A stretch of 64,000 nucleotides of DNA, from assembly GCA_951406725.2 (NCBI GenBank), contig OX597826.1, forward strand, positions 64,108,001 to 64,172,000, in the 5' to 3' direction. Below the pieces are notes generated by a model. It made no database searches and was not told the DNA's origin. It worked only from the letters and a program-made list of their open reading frames with translations. Numbering within the stretch: position 1 is the first letter of the stretch; every line of letters starts with the position of its first letter. This DNA is from Octopus vulgaris (Eukaryota). Of this stretch, positions 38,201-50,500 are shown piece after piece. The translations under genes were made by a program, and so were the position numbers.

Positions 38201-40518
38201 GGGGCTGGAGGCAAAAACTCCAACATACACGTCTGCACACAAAGATACATAGGCAGAAAGAGTAAAGGGACATTACAATTTAATAATTGAACAAGATTGA
38301 CATAAACTCTTTCCCTTTCTCCAGATACATAAGGAGAAATATGATTATGCACATAAACAGAAGAGGAGAGATAGAGAAGGAGATGAGAACAAAAGGAACA
38401 TTAAAATATCTGTATTAAGAGAGTCAGTGTTGAATCAGTAACACCAAACAAATGGTCTCTGTGGAATATTCATCTTAACAGGGGAAAGTCTGCATAGTTT
38501 ATAGGTGGTTTCAGTCAATTATCCTGTCTTGATGATTGGTACTTACTTGGAAGAATAAGAACTGAAGAAATAAAGGAATGTTGTAGTAAGAAACAATCTA
38601 ATGAGCTGAACAGCAGAAAGTCTTCAGAAAAGAAATTCTTCTCAGGCAAGTGCTTTGGCCTTCAGCTTCTTACATGCTTAGGGAGCCAGGTCATGACTTT
38701 TGGGTGACCTTCTCCTGACACTTTTTAACCACTGAGAAATCCTAAATTTCACTCCTAAGCTTTAAGCGAGGTTCTGGGTGTATATATATATACATATATA
38801 TGACACTTGTGTTTGTTCCTCTATCATACTTCAGCCTTTCAACACCTGCCATAAAGCCCTCCCACTCTCTCAAATACTCCACTCCTCTATAGTCATGGAT
38901 TTTTTTCCTACTGTTGCTTTTCTGTATTACAAGTTACTAGTCATTCACTAGTGCCAGTGACAGAGAAAAAAGCACAGTACCCCTGCAAAATGGTTGGCAT
39001 GAAAAAGGGCACCCAGCCATAGAAACCTTACCAAAGGTAACAATGAAGCCTGGCATATCCCCAGGCTCGCCAGATTCTGTCAAACTGTCAAGACCCTTGC
39101 CAGCATGGAAACCGGATGTTAAATGATAATGATAAAAAAAAATATATATGATGATATAATAAATATATATATATGTGTATATATATACAGGGTCATCGAA
39201 AAATGGTTTCTGTGATTTTAGTTGTCAGTTCTTTTCTACTCAAGGCACAAGGCCCGAAATTTTGGGGAAGGTGGAGCCAGTCGATTAGATCGACCTCAGT
39301 ACGCAACTGGTACTTAATTTGTTGACCCTGAAAGGATGAAAGGCAAATTCAACCTTGGCAGAATTTGAACTCAGAATATATACACAGACAAAATACCTAT
39401 TTCTTTACTACCCACAAGGGGCTAAACACAGAGTGGACAAACAAGGATAGACAAACGGATTAAGTCGATTATATCGACCCCAGTGCGTAACTGGTACTTA
39501 TTTAATCGACCCCGAAAGGATGAAAGGCAAAGTTGACCTCGGCGGAATTTGAACTCAGAACGTAGCGGCAGACGGAACACCGCTAAGCATTTCGCCAGGC
39601 GTGCTATCGATTCTGCCAGCACCCCGCCTTAATTTTGGTTGTTAATTGCACAAGCTGTAAGCAAGCAATCTGTATGAAATCAATGTGGGACTGTATAACA
39701 ACAATAGGAGTTTTGATATTTGCCACTGTTTCACTAGTGAACATCTGATCAGTCACTCCATGACAATAATGGCGACTGTACAGCAGAAAGCGCAATGTGT
39801 GTTGTGGCATGCTGAGTATATAAGGCGGCGAACTGGCAGAAACGTTAGCACGTCGGGCGAAATGCTTAGCAGTATTTCGTCTGCCGTTACGTTGTGAGTT
39901 CAAATTCCGCCCAGGTCGATTTTACCTTTCATCCTTTCGGAGTCGATAAATTAAGTACCAGTTACGCACTGGGGTCGATGTAATCGACTTAATACCTATG
40001 TCTGTCCTTGTTTGTCCCCTCTATGTTTAGCCCCTTGTGGGTAATAAAGAAATAGGTAGGCCGAGTATAAGTCAGTTGTTTTAGTGCAATATCATTTTCG
40101 GCGACTTATGGACGAGATCCACCTACAGACAAAACCACTGTTCGTTGGTTTAACGAAACTGGAAATGTAAAGATTAAGAAATCGCCAGGCTGGCCACGCA
40201 CGTGGGACGAGAATGTGGAGCGTTTGAGACTGTTGTGTTTGCATAGTCTTAAAAAGTCCATTGCTCAATGCAGTTTGGAACTTTATATGCCTTAGACAAC
40301 GATTCAAAATGTGCTGTATAAACGCCAAAGACTTGCATGCTTACAAAATTCAAATGGCACAGGAGTGGCTTTGTGGTAAGTAGCTTGCTTACCAGCCACA
40401 TGGTTCCGGGTTCAGTCCCACTGCGTGGCACCTTGGGCAAGTGTTTTCTACTATAGCCTCGGGCTGACCAAAGCCTTGTGAGTGGATTTGGTAGACGGAA
40501 ACTGAAAGAAGCCCGTCG

Positions 40519-40579
<61 letters not shown>

Positions 40580-41607
40580 CTGTGTTTGTCCCCTCCCAAC
40601 ATCGCTTGACAACCGATGCTGGTGTGTTTAGGTCCCCGTAACTTAGCGGTTCGGCAAACGAGACCGATAGAATAAGTACTGGGCTTACAAAAGAATAAGA
40701 CCCGGGGTCGAGTTACTCGACTAAAGGCGGTGCTCCAGCATGGCCGCAGTCAAATGACTGAAACAAGTAAAAGAGTAAAGAGTATGAAACATAAAATTAA
40801 GGAGAAAGATAGGCTTAAACGTGTCGGATTTGCTGTATTGATGCTAAGAGAAACTGATGACAATGATAGTTATCTTGACAGAATTCTATTTAGTGATGAA
40901 GCAACGTTCCACATTAATGGTCGTGTTAGCTGACATAACAGTTAGATATGGAGAGCTCAGCAAACCAATGGAGCTTTCCAGTACGGCCATGATTTGCCCA
41001 AGGTTAATGTGTAGTGTGAACTCCTTCCCTGTAGTGTTGTCGACCCTTTTATGTTTGCAGAAAACACGATTACGGACGCTAGTTACTTGGACGTTTTAGA
41101 AATGTATGTGTTCCCTCAAATTGCAGTCATTGAAAGAGAAAAGGGAAATCGTGTAATTTTCCAGCAGGACGGAGTGCAGGTTCTCTACAGCTATAATGTG
41201 CAACAAGCTCTCAACAACAGATTCCCTGGCCTTTGGATTGGAAGGAATGACCCTGTTTTGTGGTCACCTAGAAGCCCTGATCTGACTCCTTTGGATTTTT
41301 TTTCTTTTGGGGTTATCTTAAGAATATTGTCTACTCAGAAAAAAAAAACCGGGATCTGCGACATTTAAGAGAGAGAATCCATGCGAAATGATTCAGCCAC
41401 CTGGAAGGAGGTTGACTATCGATTAGATGTTTACCGTGCGACTAGAGGAGCTCATATCGAAATCTACGAAGTAATGTAAAAAAAATTTAAGATTTTCTGT
41501 GTTTTGGTGTGTAAATAAATAGTATACTTTTAATACAGACTTAGTTATTTCATTTTGAAATCACAGAAACCTTTTTCGATGACCCTGTGTGTATGTGTGT
41601 GTGTGGG

Positions 41608-41638
<31 letters not shown>

Positions 41639-44266
41639 TTATAGTTAAGTTATATTTATAGTCAATAGAATGTGGCAGTCCTACACAGGACAATGTTACT
41701 ATTGTTTAGCCCCAAGAAAACCTCTTTTCCAGCTGGCTATCGACACAAAGTTTGTGTCCATATAGTTTGAGCAAGGGAAACAATCCAGAAACTTAGGTCT
41801 TAGAATCACGAAGGCTAGAAATGGGAGCGATAACCTCCCTTGCTCATGCTAAACAGACACAAACTGTGTGTTGGTAGTCAGCTGAAAAGAGGTTTTCCTG
41901 GGGCTAAACAGTAATAACATTGTCCAACACTTTACTGTGTAAGATTGCCACATTCTGTTGGTAAATAAAGTTTACTGTTTGGTACTGTTATTGCATATCC
42001 TCACTCAGACATTTAAAACTAGTTGTTTTTCTCTTTATATATATATGTATATATATTTATATATATATATATATCATCATCATCATCATCATCGTTTAAC
42101 GTCCGCTTTCCATGCTAGCATGGGTTGGACGATTTGATTGAGGGCTGGCGAACCAGATAGCTGCACCAGGCTCCAATCTTGATCTGGAAGAGTTTCTACA
42201 GCTGGATGCCCTTTCTAACGCCAACCACTCCGAGAGTGTAGTGGGTGCTTTTTACGTGCTACCGGCACGAGGGCCAGTCAGGCGATATTGGCATCGCCCT
42301 TGCTCGAAAGTTTTTACACGTGCCACTGGCACAAGTGCCAGTAAGGCGACGCTGGTAACGATCACGCTCAAATGGTGCCTTTTATGTGCCACCGGCACGG
42401 AAGCCAGTGAGTCGCTCAAGCAATGATCACCGTGGATGGTGCTCTTAGCACCCTACTAGCATGAGGCATATGAGGTACATTACATCTGGAGACAACAGGT
42501 GAAGTTAGAGTGGGATAAGAATCCGCTGTGAGCTACCAGCTTGGAGTGTTTCTCAGTGTAAGCGAGAAGGAAGAAAAAGGGTGAATGTCTTAATTCTCCT
42601 GCTTAAATAGTCGTTGCCAACAAGAGCCTCGCCATCGTCTTGTGCATGGCAAACGGTGGCAGGCAAGATCTCACTCCTGTCTTGGACATGGTAATGGCTA
42701 CTGGCGAGATATCGTACAAAATGGTGTTGGCTTCTTGTGCCTTGCTACATATATATATATATATATATAACGGGAAAGTTTACAAAAATAAACAAAAGAC
42801 GAAGGCAGATGGAGTACAAACAAACAAATGTATTAGTATAGCGCTCAGGAATAGAAATAGAAAAAGTCTTTTATGTTTCGAACCTATGCTCTTCGACAGA
42901 AAGATACACAGAAAAAAACAAGGAGAGAAAAAAATGCATGTAGGAGCTAACGATCTATCATGGCATCCTGATATATATATATATAGTAATATAGTTTCTT
43001 TGAAGCCATTGGCATAAAGAAGTAAAATAGCAAAATATTAAAAAACAAAGAGCTTTTTACAATGTGAAAAGGAAGAAGTTTAACAACCTTTATATATTTC
43101 TGGTACAATGGTCCATCATCAGAAATAAACGATGAAAATCTATACAATACTAGCCTGTACTTCCACCTATAACACCAAGATTTGTCCTTTTTTCCTCAGG
43201 AGAGTAGGGAAATGAAATCCATATGCTTTCATTCAATAATGTTTGTTATATTCATAAAATGAAGACCTCACAATCAGGCATCTCTAACATGTCTTGCAGC
43301 AAACTTATATTCTAAATTATTCCACACAATTAATCTGCACAGTGTGAAATATTCCTAATACTACAACAACGCAGATAAATGAAGTGATGATATATAAAGC
43401 TAAAACAAAGCTATATACTTTTCTTCCTGCATCAGAGGATATGTTGACGATATGACCAGACTTTTTCTTTATCATCCCATCAAGGACAGCACCAATACAG
43501 TTAGTCACACCCTGAAAAAACAAAAATGAAATGGTGTTCATTTTTCCAGTTTTATATTTTTCAAAAATTCAATACAATTTATTAAAAGCATTCCCTCTCT
43601 CCCTTTCGGAGAGGCACTGAGCAGCTATATGCACACATACACACAAGGCAAAGGGTGAAATTAATTAATTAAGAAGTAATCAGTAATTTCACCAAGTAGA
43701 ATTCGGCATGTAAAAGACCAATTCATGGTAAGTTTAAGTAATACTAAATAATTAGGGTTCAGCAACGATTTGCCTCACCACTTTGACTGCTATTTCTAAA
43801 TTCGGTGTGGTGAGGCAAATCGTTGCTGAACCCTAATTATTTAGTATATATATATATATATACGTTTATATATTTGTTGTGCAAGATTTTTTATGTGAAA
43901 TCGTGTGTTGAAACAGATATGGTCATTTTGCCAGTTTAGATTAAGTTTAATGTAAAAAATAAATAACACTGAAGCAAAGTAACACCAAATATATAGTGCG
44001 TGTGTTTTTATTGGCTAAACTGGCAAAATGACCATTCCGAAATACAACAATATATATATATATATATATATGGCTGTGTGGTTAGGGAGCTTGCTTCCTA
44101 GCTACATGGTTTCGGGTTCAGTCCCACTGCGTGGCACTTTGGGTAGGTGTCTTCCACTATAGCCCCGAGCCGACCGGAGCTTTTGTGATTGAATTCGGCA
44201 GGTGGAAGTTACTGCCGTGTGTGTATGTGTGCGTATAGCTGCTCAGTGCCTCTCCGAAAGAGAGAG

Positions 44267-44322
<56 letters not shown>

Positions 44323-44974
44323 TTTGTATGTTTGCATGTTACAGATATGTATATATACAGTGTACTGTTATGTGACTCTTTGCAGGTCTGTATTGTATGT
44401 ATCTGTGTGCAGGTGTATATAGTTTTATGTCTACATGTGTATACTGTATGTTTCTTTATACAGGTACATATTAAATGATTTACCTTGCAATTAGTGTCTA
44501 TCATACTATCCCATTCATCTTCTTTATGGTTTTTCATCAATGTGTAATATGAAGTACCAGCACAATTGACCAAAATATCAACTGGTCCAAAAGAACATTC
44601 TGTATGTCGAACAAGCTCTTTCACCTGCAAGAAGAAAAAAAAACATTGACAACAGTTGTTTTTTTTCCATTATTGATTGTTGGTATTGCTATTGTAGCTT
44701 TTCTTGTTTTCATTATCTTGCTTTTATGGTGGAAATTATTTTAATGTAACACACTTTAAATTTCGTGTCAAAATTGTGATGATATTTGGTCAATAACTGA
44801 TGAGGGGCTTAAGCTTGTCTGTGTCCATTCTGTGTGTGTTTTCTGTTTTTCTGTACTTTCATGTTTATTCTCCCTGTAAAGTCCTTTAGGCAAAGTCTTC
44901 TATTATAGACCTGAGTTGACCAATGCCTTGTAAGTGAATTTGGTAGATGGAAACTATCAGGAAGCCTGTCATGT

Positions 44975-45034
<60 letters not shown>

Positions 45035-47027
45035 ATCTTCATGCTTGTGTTTGTTTCCCCACAACTTGACAACTCGTGTTAGTTTGTTTATGTCCCTTGA
45101 TGCGCTGAAGAAGCCATAGTAAAAAGTAACTTTCATACCTGCTGTTTGTCAATAACATCTGTTTTAACGGCAATGACTTGGCCTTGAGCACCTTCTGAGA
45201 ACTTCTTGCATAATTCCTGCTGCTTATCATCCCTGCGAGCAGCCATAGCAACATTTGCACCTGCTTTAACATAGGCTTCTGCAATTGCACAGCCAATTCC
45301 ACTTGATGCACCTGTTACAATGACAACTTTTCCATGGATGTTGGTATCTGTAATATCAAATGAAGAAAATGCATATTTAACACAGCTTCCCCATTGTCAT
45401 CGCAGTAATGGTGGAAGTGGGATCAATTGCTTGACCCCATGGTATCCATCAGTGGGTTACTCTTTTAAATTTTTTACTTCAGCCATTAGACTGGCCATGC
45501 TGGGAATACTGCCTTGAAGAATTTTTAGTCAAATAAATCGACCCCAATACTATTTCTTTTTAAGACTGGTATTTATTCAATCAATCTCTTTTGCTGAACT
45601 GCTAAGTTGTAGGGATGTAAACATACCAACACCATTTCAGTTCTATATTTAAGAGATGAAGAATTATGTGTAATTCTTCATCAATAAGTAAAATGATTAT
45701 AATTGATCAGGAATTGAACCCAGATTGCAGGTACAACAGCAGTAGTCAGCACAATACAGGTGAAGTTATGTTAAGTCAGTGACCTAGAAGTAGTAACTAG
45801 TAAGACCCTAAGATATTAATGTTGCAGTTCCTTGAACTCATAGGACTGGTTACTCAATTTCCATGGCATATAAATGCCTGAGATCCCAATTTTTCCTCTG
45901 AAAGGGACACCGGTCCATTGAAGGGGTACTAGTCCATAATATTTACAGCTGAGTGGACTGGAGTTATATGAAGTGTTTTGCTCAAGAACACAATGCACTA
46001 CCCAGTCCAGAAATTGAAACCACAAGCTTGCAATTGTGAATGGAACACCCTAAGCACAAGATCATGCACTTTTACTGTCAGAGCTACTAGCAAGTTTTAA
46101 AAGGGAATAACAAAACCTCAGACAAATGACATTGTTTCAGGTAATGGCATATATATGACATTGTCTCAGATAGATACAATTGGTTACCCTGGACATTTCC
46201 TATGCTGGGATGACTGTTATGTTCAGCACATTGAGGTAGAGTTAAAGAGACAATCCATGCAGTGGAAACACTTCTCCTCACCTGCTCCAAAGAAGGCCAA
46301 AGTTGTTTCAGCTACAAGGAAGGTGACAGCCACAGGTTTTAGGGATGCAAAAAGTATTATGTTTGTTGACTACCTTCAAAAGAACCATGCCATCTATGGA
46401 GAGTACTGTGCCAACTTGCAAAGGGAGCTACGAAAGGGCATGAAAACCAAACACTCAGGAAACTGACAAAAGGGATCTTGTTCATTACAGCAATGCTCCA
46501 ACATACAAGTCCTTGGTTTCAATGGCCACTATGTGTGACTGTGGCTTTGCACTGGTTGATCACCCTCCCTATTCTGATTTGGGCCCCATTTTATTATCAT
46601 CTGTTCCCCTACATGAAAAAAATACTTGGCCGGGAAGCAGTATTGCAGTGAGGATGTCACAACTGCTGTTCATGACTTCTTTGACTAACAGGACAAAATC
46701 TTCTTCACTAATTGGATCACCAATGGAAGAAGTGTGCGGAAGGGAAGAGGACCTATGTTGAAAAATTAGTCTCATTTTGTCACATTTGATGAAAGTGTCT
46801 TGGTCAACCAATGAACTCTTCAGTTGATCCTTGAACATGCAACTTACCTTTACCACTCACTTTATAAAGTAAAAGGTAAAGTTAATTGAAGCCAGATTTC
46901 AACTCGGAGAAAAGAAATTAAATACTACTGCTGCCACTCAGGATTACTATGAAGAATATATTTGTAGTTTAAATAAATTTTTAGAAAAAAAAAAAAAGAT
47001 TTTAATGAACTTACTGATAGCACTCAT
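35149..47027 (-). CDS. SDR-A: classical NADP(H)-type short-chain dehydrogenase/reductase (YdfG-like / ATRR R2-domain-like), complement(join(35149..35292,37447..37605,43419..43511,44484..44624,45139..45347,47015..47027)), 252 aa
   Basis: All junctions are GT-AG and in phase (759 nt). Motifs: TGASSGIG, AARR (NADP preference), DILVNCAG, TNCKG, NISSDAG, YSGSK, QPGDV, VNEILIQPREAP. The 13-nt first coding segment is the least certain part. Confidence 0.9.
36130..36560 (+). mobile_element. RTE-X LINE 3' fragment
   Basis: FNSNVKVIL, LQAFVNKCL..ILKILW, RKWGWIG.TLRK motifs. Confidence 0.75.
36735..37045 (+). mobile_element. RTE (BovB-like) LINE 3' fragment
   Basis: RLAYFGHIMQR..LEKDIMLGMVSGKRRRG..RTRWLD..DRTGWR. 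Confidence 0.85.
37447..37605 (-). CDS. SDR-A exon with YxxxK ([25 protein letters not shown]...TTDQE)
   Basis: 159 nt, GT-AG, catalytic YSGSK. Confidence 0.93.
37645..37970 (-). mobile_element. About 330-bp structured insertion with a central hammerhead; absent from the paralogous SDR-B intron
   Basis: Empty site visible at 60880-60910; related termini at 26990-27077 and 41666-41958. Confidence 0.7.
37808..37852 (-). ncRNA. Minimal type I hammerhead ribozyme-like motif on the SDR-A sense strand
   Basis: cacacg-CCGATGA-cgggtcaataccct-GAAAC-tcaa-GTC-cgtgtg: 6-bp perfect stem I extended by a long rod, 4-bp stem II, GUC site. Confidence 0.65.
39188..41587 (+). mobile_element. rosa/DD41D Tc1-mariner transposon interrupted by four SINEs
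   Basis: About 31-bp TIRs CAGGGTCATCGAAAAA(T)GGTTTCTGTGATTT; MATVQQKAQCVLW, FSDEATF, QQD-41 aa-D (SPDLTPLDFF). Confidence 0.9.
41666..41958. repeat. Palindromic element with about 110-bp arms, related to the 37.65-kb element
   Basis: ggacaatgttactattgtttagccccaagaaaacctctttt vs aaaagaggttttcctggggctaaacagtaataacattgtcc. Confidence 0.8.
43419..43511 (-). CDS. SDR-A exon ([31 protein letters not shown])
   Basis: 93 nt, GT-AG, contains the catalytic Ser region. Confidence 0.93.
43741..43847. repeat. Perfect 41-bp inverted repeat with 25-bp loop; a second 21-bp IR at 43919-43939 / 44015-44035
   Basis: atactaaataattagggttcagcaacgatttgcctcaccac and its reverse complement. Confidence 0.9.
44484..44624 (-). 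CDS. SDR-A exon (VKELVRHTECSFGPVDILVNCAG...IDTNCK)
   Basis: ttcttgcag acceptor, AAG|GTAAAT donor, 141 nt. Confidence 0.93.
45139..45347 (-). CDS. SDR-A exon with Rossmann motif (TNIHGKVVIVTGASSGIGCAIAEAYVKAGANVAMAARR...TDVIDKQQ)
   Basis: ttacag acceptor, CAG|GTATGA donor, TGxxxGxG motif; this frame is not shown in the ORF track. Confidence 0.93.
46200..46830 (+). mobile_element. Decayed mariner (irritans-like) fragment
   Basis: KRQSMQWKH..SPAPKKAKVV, IMFVDYL and HPPYSDL motifs. Confidence 0.75.
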
Positions 47028-47164
47028 TCTTGATAATTTCTGTGGTAACAAAGTTTGTCAAAATATAGTTTCAAAAGAGTTGAATCAATATCAGGATATT
47101 CTCCAGAATTTCAAGCAAATTACAATTTCTGAATGTATTTAGAGCAGAAAAAAACTGAGTATTT
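47015..47164 (-). other. First coding/5'UTR exon of SDR-A; probable frameshifted relic of an NRPS thioester-reductase (R1) C-terminal exon
   Basis: Strong acceptor (tctctctattatttttctgccttcacag) and GTAAGT donor. Two broken frames read NTQFFSALNTFRNCNLLEILEN and YPDIDSTLLKLYFDKLCYH. The only ATG is at 47027 and is in frame with the SDR. Confidence 0.6.
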
Positions 47165-47599
47165 CTGTGAAGGCAGAAAAATAATAGAGAGATTATTTGT
47201 AATTAACAATATTTTCTTTAAATTAAATATAATAAACCAACAAAACAAGGATAATGATATTAGACATTATAAGAACCAATTTGCAGCAGATTTGCAGACA
47301 GAACTCAAACCATGCTTGCCAGGAAAGCATCTTACCAAATACAGAGTGCCATTTTGCTGATTACATGGAGCTTAAATGAAGTTTCAGTTTCCTCAGTGGT
47401 TGTCAGTTGATCTTTTCTATCTCAAATGTTAAATTATAATTATACCAAACTTTTACTTTGAAAAATAAATTAGTTAACACTAGAGAAAAAAGAAGTCTTA
47501 ATTGCTTGCATAAACAAAGGTTTCTTTTTAAAACAATTCAAATAATAGAAATTTATATAAGATCCATAAACTGGTTTTCTAAACTCAACTCTAATAACT

Positions 47600-50500
47600 G
47601 TGGTGTTATGAGCCAGGCTATGTTGTAGGGAAGGACCGGAAGTGAAGGAGTATGCATGTCCTGTTGGAAGTGGGGCCTGTGGGTCCCACCAAAAGGGCTG
47701 TGGTGGGCATGCGGGGTCGGTGAGGTGCGAGTGGCCAGTTGGTGGTGAACAGTATATGAGAGCAGACCTGTTAGATGGTACAGCAGCAGACAGAGTACAT
47801 GGTAGAGTGGCAGAAAGAGCATGTGGACATTGTGAGTGACCCTTCCAGATTGACAGGTGAGACTACTGCAATTCTCTCTCTGCTTTCCATCTTTTCCTCC
47901 CTCACATCACAAGCTATTTTGGCACAAAAAAAAATTGATGGGTATGGTCCATATTTCAAAAAAGACGGTTTGGCCATTTTGTGGTGAGGGAAACGTCACT
48001 GCATGGTTGAAAAAAATTAAGTTAGTGGCAAGACTCCACAGTAAAGATGACCTAGAAAGTTTTATACCATTGTACCTTGATGGATCAGCATTGGTGCTAT
48101 ACCTGGAAATGATGGAGAAAGACCAGTTAAGCACAGAGAAAATAGAAGTCTGGCTGATGGAGGCTTTCACTGAAGGGCCATTTATGGTATATGGTCGACT
48201 GGGGAAAGCAAAGTGGATGGGTGAACAGGTTGATGTGTTTTCCAATGAAATCAGGAGATTGGCCAGACTTACGGGATACGAAGATGATGCATTGGAACAA
48301 ACAGTTACATTAGCATTTGTAGCAGGATTTCCTGACCATGTGTTGGTCAAACTGCAAAAGCTGCTGAATATTCACTCCATGGCAATGGTGGAGGTAATAT
48401 CTCAGGCCAGAGTCCTCACCTTGTGTTGTAGGATGACGCCTTTAGCAGCGACTGTAACAATGAGAAGGGGTCAAACAGAGCGGCGGAGAGGAAGGAACGT
48501 GTGTGTGCAACCCTTCAAAGGGCTGTGTTTTTGGTGTCAGGGTTTGTACATGGTGAGAAGCTGCAAAGAACCGAGGCCTGGAGTAATTTGCCATCGATGC
48601 AGAAAAAACAGGCCACATTGCTAGTGAATGCATTCAGAGAAACGGCCTAAGGGAGACTACTGTGCCAGTAGTCATCCTGTCGAAAGAAAAGAGGTGCGTA
48701 TACAGTCATCGCCAATAGTGGAAGTCATGGTGAATGGAAAGGTGTCACGAGCCCTCATGGACATGGGCTGCTCAACAACCCTAATGACTCCGGAGGTAGT
48801 AGAAGAATGGAGTGAAGTGAGTAGTGTAAGGGCTGTTGACGGTATGGAAGTTGAATGCAGAAGAAGTAGTGATGTGGAGATGGTAGTAGAAGGAAAGAGA
48901 TTGGGGTTGTGTACGATCGTTATTGACTGCATGGTGAACGGAATCAATGTGGTGATGGGGATGGATGCCATTGTCCGTTTGGGAGGTATCACAGTCAATG
49001 AAGCTGGTTGAATTCAGCACTGAAGATTATGGCGACAATTCTCAAAACCATTCTGGGAAAGGCGGACAAAGTGAAAAAAGCCACCAGTTCCTATATTGAT
49101 AACATTCTGGTGGACAAGAGCATAGTGTCAGCAAAGGAAGTCATAAGCCACCGGAAGAGTTTTGGGCTAAACTACTGGAGGAGGAGCTGCACAGGGTCTC
49201 AAGCTATGGAGAGACAAGGCTGACATGTTGATGTTTCAGAGAGGGAATGAGATCCCAGAACTAGGCAAGAACTGTTTTCTGTGTGTGGGAAGCTGCTGGA
49301 ACACTATCCGATTGCAAGATGGTTCCGGACAGCATGCAGCTTCAAGAGGCGAGCTGAAGAAGTGAGGTGGAGTGACAATGTGGGAAAGAAGACAACTGAC
49401 ATGATGCAAGAAGTCTTGGAGAGAGTGACTGCAGAGGACCCAGTAAGAGGAAACTGGTATGTATCCAAATTGAAGAATGGGATCGTGTGCTGTGATGCTA
49501 GCAGCATAGTAACAGGAGTTGTCATGGAAATTGGAGGTGTTGTGGTGGAGGATGTGGCCTGGCTCAGGAAGAAGGATGACTGCAACCACATCAATGTGGC
49601 AGAGCTGGATGCTGTGTTGAAGGGGATGAACCTGGCCATGAGGTGGAGGCTGCATACCATCAAGATCCGGATCGATTCAGCCATTGTACTTAGATGGGTA
49701 GGATTAGAGATCACTGGTGAGCGGAGGGTGCGAACCAAAGTGGGCACAGAGATGCTGATAAGATGCTGTTTGGGAATTCTGGGTGAGCTAGCTGCTGAGT
49801 TTGGCCTGAGGCTGAGTGTGTTTTTTTATGCCCTCTGAGAGGAATAGAGTGGACGTCCTGACTAGAGTAAAGAAAGCCTGGTTGCTGGTGCCGGAGGATC
49901 TGGAGCAAGGAGTGGCTGCAGTGTGTTGACTGAGTGACTCGGAGCTGAGGAGACTGCATACCATGCATCACATGGGGGTAGACAGGACCTTGTTCCTAGC
50001 CAGGAAAGTTGACTCTGACATGACCAGGCAGAGCGTGCAGAGAGTGGTTGGGAGCTGTGACAGGTGCCAGTTCATTCACCCCACTCTGGGTGTGCATGAA
50101 GCAGGAAGCATTCCAGTGGAATACAATTGGAAACAACTGGAACACTATCAGCAGGGTACATACCTCTCGATGGTTGACTGCAGACTGGGGTGGTTTGCCA
50201 TATGGAGGGAGATAAAGATGGGGACCACAGAGGAAATCACAAGAATACTAAATGAGATATTCCTAGAATGAGGCACTGTGGATGAGGTGCTTCTGGACAA
50301 TGGCATTGCATTTTGCTTGGAGGTGCTGAGGGAAATGCTCAACAAGTGACATGTTAGCCATTTCTTAAGGGTGGCATACTAGCCAAGGGGCAATGGGGTT
50401 GTAGAGAGGTATCATCACACCATCAAGACCATAGCAGAGAGGGGCCACATTTCACTGGTCGAGGCCGTTTTTTGGTATAATATGTCACCCAGGTTGGGAC

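Noticed and set aside
45039-45311. ORF-track 90-aa protein
   Set aside because: Wrong frame; the real exon frame encodes TGASSGIG
47015-47039. 25-nt micro-exon using the CAG at 47040-47042
   Set aside because: Possible, but the acceptor at 47165 has a much stronger polypyrimidine tract and explains the relic coding signal
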